Part shown: one piece after another, positions 11,101 to 15,812 of the stretch | How positions within the stretch are numbered: position 1 is the stretch's first letter | How the letters are laid out: every line of letters begins with the position of its first letter | Assembly: GCA_900555125.1 (NCBI GenBank) | Contig: USKH01000001.1 | Span: 1-34,159, forward strand | Source of the DNA: an uncultured Clostridium sp. | GTDB taxonomy: Bacteria > Bacillota > Clostridia > Christensenellales > Pumilibacteraceae | Reading direction: 5' to 3' | Length of the DNA stretch: 34,159 bases | Notes under the pieces: model-generated | What the model saw: the letters and a program-made list of their open reading frames with translations, nothing else | Databases searched by the model: none | Told to the model about the DNA's origin: nothing | Made by a program: the position numbers and the translations under genes

Positions 11101-12805
11101 CGTCCTGCCCGAAACGCTTACTAAAATCGGCGACGGCGCGTTTGCTTCGCAGACTTCGCTTGAAAACGTAACCCTCCCCGCTTCGCTTACCGCAGAAAAT
11201 ACGGGCTCGCATGTGTTTTATATGTGCTCGGCTCTCAAAACCGTTGTTCTGCCCGAAACGCTTACCAAAATAAACGAAAACACTTTCGCGGGATGCACTT
11301 CGCTCGAGAGCGTAAACCTCGGTAACGTAAAAGTTATCGCGGACAACGCGTTCAACACCTGCACCTCGCTGAAAAACATCGACCTGACTTCCGCCGAGGA
11401 AGTGGGCTACGCCGCATTTGCGTTTGTTCCCGCTCAGGGCGAAATCACCGCAAACAACCTCAAAAAGATAGGCGCGTACGCGTTCGAGCGCGACGATGCA
11501 AAGGGCGGACCCACGTTTACTTCTTTCACCGCAAACAAGCTGGAAGAAATAGGCGAAGGCGCGTTCTGGAACGTCAAAACGCTTAAAAAATTCGTATTCA
11601 CCGAAAATCTTAAAAAGGTAGCAATGGCTGCGTTCCTCGAATGCGACGGCATCGAAAGCTTCTATTTCCTGTCGGAAGGCAAGGAAGTTGCCGACGGCGA
11701 ATTTGCAAATGCCGCAGTATATGAAGGAAGCTTGTATATGCGCGCCGAAAACGGCAAATGGATACTTTCTTCCGTTCCCGGAGGAAAAACCGGAACACTC
11801 AACGTCAAGGAAGGAACGGTAAAAGTCGAAGTTTATGCAGGCAGCATGAACAAAAACATCACCGAAATAGTCTTCCCGATGAGTCTTAAATCTATCGGTA
11901 AAATGGCGTTCTATAAATGCGACGCATTGCAGAAAGCGGAATTCCGCTCGCTCAACGCACCCACGCTTGAAAACGAGAACGTCAGCGGCGTTACTCTTGC
12001 CGAAACCGATCCCGGCTACAAAAAACTTTATTCGCAGTATCAGCTGTTCGGACTGGATATGTGCTATATGAACTTTGTAGACCTTCTGGGAAAGAAAGAG
12101 CCGCTTAAAATGGTGGTTCCGTCCAACGCAAACATATCCGGCTACGATTCTATAGTGTACGAAGTGTATTTCGGAGAACTTAAGGACGCCGAAAGAAGCT
12201 CGTTCGTCGCAATGGAAAACAGCATGGCTAAGTTCATCGAATACGCCGAAGAGATTATGAAAAAGGAAGTTCTCACCATGGCGGACGAAACGTTGGTCAG
12301 CGACGCCGTAACCGCTTACAACGGAATCAAGGGCGATTACACGCAGTTCGGATACGACAAAGAAACGTGGGACGCAATGGTAAAAGCTTCCACCGACGCA
12401 TACGCATATATCAGGAAGCTTAAATTCTCTCACGCAAGCTATAAAGTTAAACAGTTGCAAGCAGAAATCGATTCGCTTGCCGGCGAATACGACAAGAATA
12501 AGGTTCCCACCATGGAAGATATTCAGGCAAAACTGAAAAACTTTACGCCCGCGGAAAGAGAAGTGCTTGACCTCACTGCTTACAATCAGTTCTTCTCCGA
12601 GTACGAAAAGCACAAAAACGATCCCGATAATCCCGATAAGCCCGATCCCAAGCCCGACGATCCCAAGCCCGACACGCCCGACGAAAACAAGTCGTGCGGC
12701 AACTGCAAGAGTAAAACCGGGTACGACGCGGCAGGCGCAATGATGTCCGTAATCGTTCTGGCAGGAGTTGCGTTCATTCTGAAAAGAAAGAACAATATCG
12801 GCTGA
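5138..12805 (+). CDS. Giant (2555 aa) lipoprotein: S8 subtilisin-like cell-envelope protease (PA insert, Fn3_5-like) fused to 2 Big_2 domains, ~30 BspA-type LRRs, a Pro-rich stalk and a C-terminal TM anchor
   Basis: Start moved from the ORF-track TTG at 5072 to ATG 5138. AAGGAG at 5124-5129 lies 8 nt upstream, and the promoter at 5081-5109 lies inside the TTG extension. The N-terminus MRKKIIAILLCAAMLSGVAAC is a signal peptide plus lipobox. Catalytic motifs: VAVLDSGFD (Asp codon 5780), HGTHVAGII (His 6005), GTSMACP (Ser 7016). PA-type insert GKIALVRRGDSSFEDKALQAKAAGAIGCVIYNN at ~6650-6750. Fn3_5-like YVEGFVKL...PFLAFYGDW at ~7230-7700. Big_2-like segments at ~8640-8880 and ~9100-9350. Recurrent IGxxAFxxCxxL units at ~9360-11960. 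Confidence 0.9.
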   Translation: MRKKIIAILLCAAMLSGVAACAAGKKDGGTVSTASTQLMVLRTDYKFSQEEVASRIKAEYLKANNGYKDGDVIVAIITLPGKSLADTWLEGSKYSTLAEYAQSPEGVYQASVIKKNQDGLIAELTEKGLITGVKYRYDTLTNAVAVTTTYGGFKKIGDSGRVASTYLSDTYNRPKSEKAGGASGIVNLVDVYETGIFNSGSVSYTGKGTSVAVLDSGFDLSHPVFSTMPDVEDDKLTVTRDSVSAVLSASNAAKTTKGLEINDVYVNNKIPYVYDYADKDYDVFPYDSEHGTHVAGIIGGKTPDSAKTETEQGIVGVAVDTQIVCMKVFPDLTEGGKTEDIIAAVEDAVLLNVDAINMSLGSSCGFAREEDGSLINAVYDKVNASGVSLIVAASNSYSSAQGGEQGNTAFTTNPDYGTVGSPTTYAAATSVASISGVKSRYFVANDKDVVFWTESSSTAAKKNDFYKELYEAMGWDVNDKEEHTLEYVTVPGVGLKVNYSSINVKGKIALVRRGDSSFEDKALQAKAAGAIGCVIYNNVEGNISMSMGKTEHVPTISISKEDGTALAAYASGKLTFSADDQAGPFMSDFSSWGPSPNLELKPEITAHGGDIKSAIPGGGYDQLSGTSMACPNLCGIALLIRHYVKDNFKDIAGNAKEVKLMTNRLLMSTATIALDRYGIAYSPRKQGAGLASLKKVVSTGAYIEVPGCEKTKLELKDDPTRTGVYEMNFNVVNVSDKDIHYDLSVLGLTDEISSSDERFVSERGKLLSGSMKLESTTAGAVNGTTLTAKAGETTAVKLTYSISDADRTYIERYFTYGTYVEGFVKLETTDKNSAGENEVSLNVPFLAFYGDWTEAPMFDKDYYQVDKDKNDASLDEDDKVKADYYATTPYGTYFYNYIIPLGTYLYDIDTDKYDKIVASRDHIAISDSLGTISGLSTIYAGLLRGAKTMDFTIVDKTTGEVVWSKTEVNARKAYSNGGSPVPYFNQLKLSSKELGLVNNRTYQFKMVGKLDYGDGGVATNANNSFEYDFVLDNEAPMIKSCTYEKVYDKALKKDRYYINMVVYDNQYVMSVSPVLFTSNNSYTTLTKNAIPVYSQKGTDNKVRIEITDYLENVGYDKLLSGSLAFSVDDYALNSNIFVCQLPGTAGEIKFTKDGEWDSPALNILSVYEDEVVDLTDKLATADENVDENKDYLRYLKWESSNPAIAEVKDGLVKGIKPGRATITATRNGVVSQESLSSHQAMIIINVKKRTTATQSLAAQTEETVVRSKAPASEGEVTVMSNNGVNNANDASVKSLRFAYFDTLFAYSRAAGTSEIGKTGERKFITAVSGSVKMYPGERIQLACDMDPWYVAGKYEMSYQTSNEAIAKVNQDGTVTAMKEGSVTITASLSGSNIKARFRINVQNPFIVENYVLVSYKGYVENGVVEIPEEEGVLYIGAYAFCLYTTDNTIEVDEDDYDANKIPASNSSVKKVIVPDTVEEIRKYAFYNCTGLEEVELKGEVKYLREYAFSGDAKLKKINLGNVEVIGKNAFYGCTSLTSLDLNKCYSIGEAAFQGCTGLTTVDLSKLRNAGKEMFKNCTNLKSVVLGPHTKLSYGAFVKSGLTSVDLYANVVPQFAFAQCNDLKKVVIHNDMLYIDKGAFCQNPNLETVELLGKIELIGEQAFYDCPSLKKIKLPGGKVTIGLNAFYNCNNLEEIIIPADLEKLSFVGSGFRATGVKKFTVEAGNKNFTTNNEGTMLYSDGGKKLIAVAFGAVTGDVTIPAEVQSIGAGAFGGTAITSVTFLNPDIKIGDYAFANCDSLEKATFAAGGKAVTGIRSFYADDKLTVVENMQYIAEIGDYSFAATSVAEANIGDNVICGEGAFFNGKVTVATVGENVKLGLGAFQNCKKLVKVNMPDKGGVHIGKYCFAYATELKEIDLSKTDDRLEEAAFFNCTSLKKANLVNVKYIEGYVFADCAKLEEVLVPAVVEIGQGAFAKYEQESGAAPRFTEIVLPETLTKIGDGAFASQTSLENVTLPASLTAENTGSHVFYMCSALKTVVLPETLTKINENTFAGCTSLESVNLGNVKVIADNAFNTCTSLKNIDLTSAEEVGYAAFAFVPAQGEITANNLKKIGAYAFERDDAKGGPTFTSFTANKLEEIGEGAFWNVKTLKKFVFTENLKKVAMAAFLECDGIESFYFLSEGKEVADGEFANAAVYEGSLYMRAENGKWILSSVPGGKTGTLNVKEGTVKVEVYAGSMNKNITEIVFPMSLKSIGKMAFYKCDALQKAEFRSLNAPTLENENVSGVTLAETDPGYKKLYSQYQLFGLDMCYMNFVDLLGKKEPLKMVVPSNANISGYDSIVYEVYFGELKDAERSSFVAMENSMAKFIEYAEEIMKKEVLTMADETLVSDAVTAYNGIKGDYTQFGYDKETWDAMVKASTDAYAYIRKLKFSHASYKVKQLQAEIDSLAGEYDKNKVPTMEDIQAKLKNFTPAEREVLDLTAYNQFFSEYEKHKNDPDNPDKPDPKPDDPKPDTPDENKSCGNCKSKTGYDAAGAMMSVIVLAGVAFILKRKNNIG
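9360..11960 (+). repeat. About 30 tandem BspA-type leucine-rich repeats (coding)
   Basis: Units of 23-25 aa carry (I/V)G..AF..C..L..(V/I).L, for example IGKNAFYGCTSLTSLDL and IGEAAFQGCTGLTTVDL. Near-identical DNA strings recur (VLPETLTKIG / VLPETLTKIN at ~11101 and ~11245). Confidence 0.85.
12644..12673 (+). repeat. Perfect 2 x 15-nt tandem repeat in the Pro-rich stalk
   Basis: GATCCCAAGCCCGAC occurs twice in direct succession (encoding DPKPD DPKPD), within a wider CCCGAT/CCCGAC-rich tract at 12614-12685. Confidence 0.9.
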
Positions 12806-12896
12806 CAAAAAAACAACGTCGCGGCTGTCGCGACAAAAGAAAGCGGAATAAAGAATGTTTCGCATGACATAAAAACCACCGGGTAAGCTTGCTGTG

Positions 12897-12924
12897 TTTG
12901 CAATCGTGCCCGCAGGTTTTATAA
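12897..12924 (+). promoter_or_regulatory. Possible promoter of the 865-aa lipoprotein gene
   Basis: TTGCAA (12897-12902), 16-nt spacer, TATAAG (12919-12924). Weaker than the other promoters in the window. Confidence 0.3.
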
Positions 12925-12989
12925 GAGAGATTTTTTCTCTTGCGGCATACCGCTTGGTCATTATTCAGACAAAACAGGAGGCAGAAAAC

Positions 12990-15587
12990 ATGAAAAGATT
13001 AAAAGCAATAACGTCTTTACTTGTCGCGCTTGCGCTCGGAATATTATTTTTCGCATGCGCGCCGACAAACAACGGTAAAAAGCTTGATACCCCGCAAAAC
13101 GTCGTTTGTACGGATGACGGTATAATTTCGTGGGACGCCGTCGAAAACGCCGCAGAATATGTCGTTGTCGTCGACGGAGTAAACTATACGGCAAAAGGCA
13201 CGACTTTTAAAGTAATCAATACGAGCCGCGACTACGAATATTCGGTTTACGCTACGGCTGAAGGATATACTCCTTCCGACCCCAGCCCCGTAAAAAAAGG
13301 TAAAGCGTACGAGATAAAAGGAACGCTTGCCGCTCCGCAAAACGTTGCAATAGACAAAACCGGGCTTATTACCTGGGATGTCGTCGAAAACGCCGAAAAA
13401 TATACGGTAGTTATCAACGGCACCGAATATACCGCCGAAACCAATAGTTTTACGGCTCCGTCCACTGACGACGATTTCAGCGTTGTTGTGTATGCGCAGG
13501 CGGCTCATTATAAAAAATCGGCTCCGTCCACCGAAGTAAGTTTTGCCGGACTGGGTAAAATTACCGTGTCCGTTAAAGCGGAAGGAAATCTGTACAGCGG
13601 AAAAACGCTTACGCTCACCGCAACCGTAACAGGCGCGTTTGGCGACGATTCGGTTTGCTGGAGTATCGTAAACGGACTTGAAAATGCCGAAATAGATAAA
13701 GACACCGGCGTTATTACCGCCAATATCGTTTCCTCCGACACGAGCGTTACCGTCCGCGCAACCAGCAACCTTAATCCCGCCAAGTACGATGAAAAAGTAA
13801 TAAACGTGATTGCCCGTCCCGCGCTGACCGAAGACATGCTTTCCGAACTTGCCGCGGCAGACAAAGTGGCTTTCGAAGGGTATATGAGCATCGATTTGTA
13901 CCAGCTCGGACTGGTCGAAAAGTATTACAATTCGTTCAAATATGTGATTAAAACGGCAATGGACGGAGAATACTGGTATTCGCAGTACGTCAGCCCTTCC
14001 ACGGGTCTTACCACCGGACTTTATTATAAAAATCAGAACGGAATCGCATCTATGGTAAGCGTTGACTTAATGAACGAGGAACACTATACTCCGCTTACCG
14101 ACGAAAAAGAGAAGGCGATCAGCTGGGAAGAAAGCGGATTTTACAATCCTTTCAAAGGACTTTCGGTTTCCGATTTTACTTTCGACGAGGATGAGTGGAA
14201 ATACCGATACACAGGCAAAGACGAAACGTTGCCGGCACGCATGATAGCGGCGTCCGATCCGTACGATTTTGTCCCGTCCGAAGTTTATCTTATGATAGAA
14301 GACGGCGCGGTTGCGGGAATCTACTCGGTTGCCGAGCCCAGCTATACGGTAGCGGCAGGTTATGTCGCATACAATACCCTCAACGCAGCCGTAAACTACG
14401 GCGACGACGTGGAAGTGGAAAAAATCGCCAAATATTCGCATGAAAGCCGATATGACGAGTATTATTCGAAGTTTGCCGAGGCAATCGAAAACATGAAAAA
14501 CCTCGATAGCTACGAAACCACTTTTGTTAATTATCAGTCGGTTGCCGGCAGCTCGCCGAAAATCAGCGGCTATCGCGAATACCTGACCGAAAACGATTGT
14601 TATTTCAAACCGTTTACGATTACCGCGCGTGACGATGAAGGAAATTACGTTTACAATTATACCGGAGCGGATTACGGTTACAGACAACTCGGAAAAGAGT
14701 TTTATAACGCTTATTCCAAGTCTGTCGATAAAGAAGGAAACGTGAAATGGAAGGCAAATCGCGCGTACAGAAAAGATTTTGCCTCTGCCAGACCGAGCTT
14801 TGCGTTTTCCGGGGAGATTTTCCGCACCATTATTTACGATCCCGAAAAACCGGACACCGTAACTTTTGTTGCCGATATCGGCATGACCAACGTCGCCAGT
14901 ACGCTTTTCTACGGAATGGGCAACGAAATCAACTTATACGGACTGTTTGCAACCGGCTACAACATATTCGGCAATCCGCTTGAAACCGAACTCATAACCA
15001 ATGTAACTATAGAAAACGGATATATTACAAAAGCTCAGTTTTATTATTATTTCGATTATTTTTACGGTATTGTCGAACTGACTTACGGCGGTTTTAATCA
15101 GACCGTTCTGCCCGAAGAAGCAAAAACAGTAAACTTTGAGACAAGAGAAGTCCCGTCAAGCTGGGCAGATCCGTCGTTGTTTATAAGCGTTGCGCCCGAG
15201 GATTCGTCGATTATCACCGACTACGTTGAAAAACCCCTTCCCGAATACCTCGAAAAATTCTTCGGCAGCAAACAGACCGCGGACGAAATGCCTTTCTTCG
15301 GAATTCCGCTCGGCGATTCGTTCGGATTTTCCATTCAGTCTTCAAAAGTCCCGGGCGGAACGCATTACGGCATTCCCGCAATCACGTTCTATTACGATGT
15401 GCCGCTGGACCTCGATCTTACCATCGATTCGTCGTTAAACGCCGTTAAAGAATATCTTTTGTCGCTCGGTTACGAGAGAAACGCGTACGGCGAATATGTA
15501 AAAGGCGATATTACGATAAAAGCGGAGAGCGTTGATCTCGATCTCAACATTTATGTGTGGAAAACGCCGTCCGAAGAGGAAAAATAG
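12990..15587 (+). CDS. Lipoprotein (865 aa): 2 Fn3-like repeats + Big_2 domain + ~590-aa uncharacterised domain
   Basis: Start moved from GTG 12894 to ATG 12990, with AGGAGG at 12976-12981 (8-nt spacing). MKRLKAITSLLVALALGILFFAC is a signal peptide with a lipobox-like Cys. An 81-aa tandem repeat carries PQNV..WD.VENA.(E/K)Y.VV..G..YTA. Big_2-like segment LTLTATVTGAFGDDSVCWSIV...VTVRATS. The remainder has no motif I can name. Confidence 0.85.
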   Translation: MKRLKAITSLLVALALGILFFACAPTNNGKKLDTPQNVVCTDDGIISWDAVENAAEYVVVVDGVNYTAKGTTFKVINTSRDYEYSVYATAEGYTPSDPSPVKKGKAYEIKGTLAAPQNVAIDKTGLITWDVVENAEKYTVVINGTEYTAETNSFTAPSTDDDFSVVVYAQAAHYKKSAPSTEVSFAGLGKITVSVKAEGNLYSGKTLTLTATVTGAFGDDSVCWSIVNGLENAEIDKDTGVITANIVSSDTSVTVRATSNLNPAKYDEKVINVIARPALTEDMLSELAAADKVAFEGYMSIDLYQLGLVEKYYNSFKYVIKTAMDGEYWYSQYVSPSTGLTTGLYYKNQNGIASMVSVDLMNEEHYTPLTDEKEKAISWEESGFYNPFKGLSVSDFTFDEDEWKYRYTGKDETLPARMIAASDPYDFVPSEVYLMIEDGAVAGIYSVAEPSYTVAAGYVAYNTLNAAVNYGDDVEVEKIAKYSHESRYDEYYSKFAEAIENMKNLDSYETTFVNYQSVAGSSPKISGYREYLTENDCYFKPFTITARDDEGNYVYNYTGADYGYRQLGKEFYNAYSKSVDKEGNVKWKANRAYRKDFASARPSFAFSGEIFRTIIYDPEKPDTVTFVADIGMTNVASTLFYGMGNEINLYGLFATGYNIFGNPLETELITNVTIENGYITKAQFYYYFDYFYGIVELTYGGFNQTVLPEEAKTVNFETREVPSSWADPSLFISVAPEDSSIITDYVEKPLPEYLEKFFGSKQTADEMPFFGIPLGDSFGFSIQSSKVPGGTHYGIPAITFYYDVPLDLDLTIDSSLNAVKEYLLSLGYERNAYGEYVKGDITIKAESVDLDLNIYVWKTPSEEEK
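13083..13551 (+). repeat. 2 x 243-nt tandem Fn3-like coding repeat
   Basis: LDTPQNVVCTDDGIISWDAVENAAEYVVVVDGVNYTA... aligns with LAAPQNVAIDKTGLITWDVVENAEKYTVVINGTEYTA... The period is 81 aa (13083 and 13326). Confidence 0.85.
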
Positions 15588-15670
15588 GCAAAAATGGCAT
15601 GAAAGGAGCAAAAAAGCGCGATTTATCTGATAATATTGTGAAAAAAAGCGCGTTTTTTATTCCGACAGAC

Positions 15671-15699
15671 TTGACAAAAGAGTATCTTAAATATATAAT
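15671..15699 (+). promoter_or_regulatory. Consensus sigma-A promoter of the 888-aa/1511-aa lipoprotein operon
   Basis: TTGACA (15671-15676), exact 17-nt spacer, TATAAT (15694-15699). This is a perfect consensus. Confidence 0.8.
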
Positions 15700-15812
15700 G
15701 ATATTATATTTCGCATAGGCGAAACGAACGGCTCGGTGAAAAAATGATGAATATGCATTTGAGCCGTTCTTTGTAAACAAGGCAAAAATTTTTTTAATAT
15801 AAGGAGTTATCA

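Noticed and set aside
12818-12834. Hairpin GTCGCG-gctgt-CGCGAC after the protease gene, considered as a terminator.
   Set aside because: The stem is only 6 bp and no T-run follows on the plus strand; the T-run would be on the minus strand, where there is no gene. At best it is a weak pause or stability element.
13815-15584. Idea that the 865-aa and 888-aa lipoproteins are the missing OppA-type substrate-binding proteins.
   Set aside because: Size and lipidation are compatible, but I could not find the family-5 binding-protein motif pattern. The single ISWEES string looks coincidental, and the extra Big_2/Fn3 heads are atypical. It cannot be excluded without an HMM search.
15610-15658. Duplicated AAAAAAGCGCG element ending in a T-run, after the 865-aa gene, considered as a terminator.
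   Set aside because: Pairing requires a 28-nt loop and a bulge, or an all-A:U stem. It is not a convincing intrinsic terminator.
15744-15776. Mini-ORF MMNMHLSRSL inside the loop of the leader hairpin, considered as a possible leader peptide.
   Set aside because: Only a weak GGTGA lies upstream, I cannot check conservation, and ten codons arise easily by chance. Noted only as something to look at if the leader proves regulatory.
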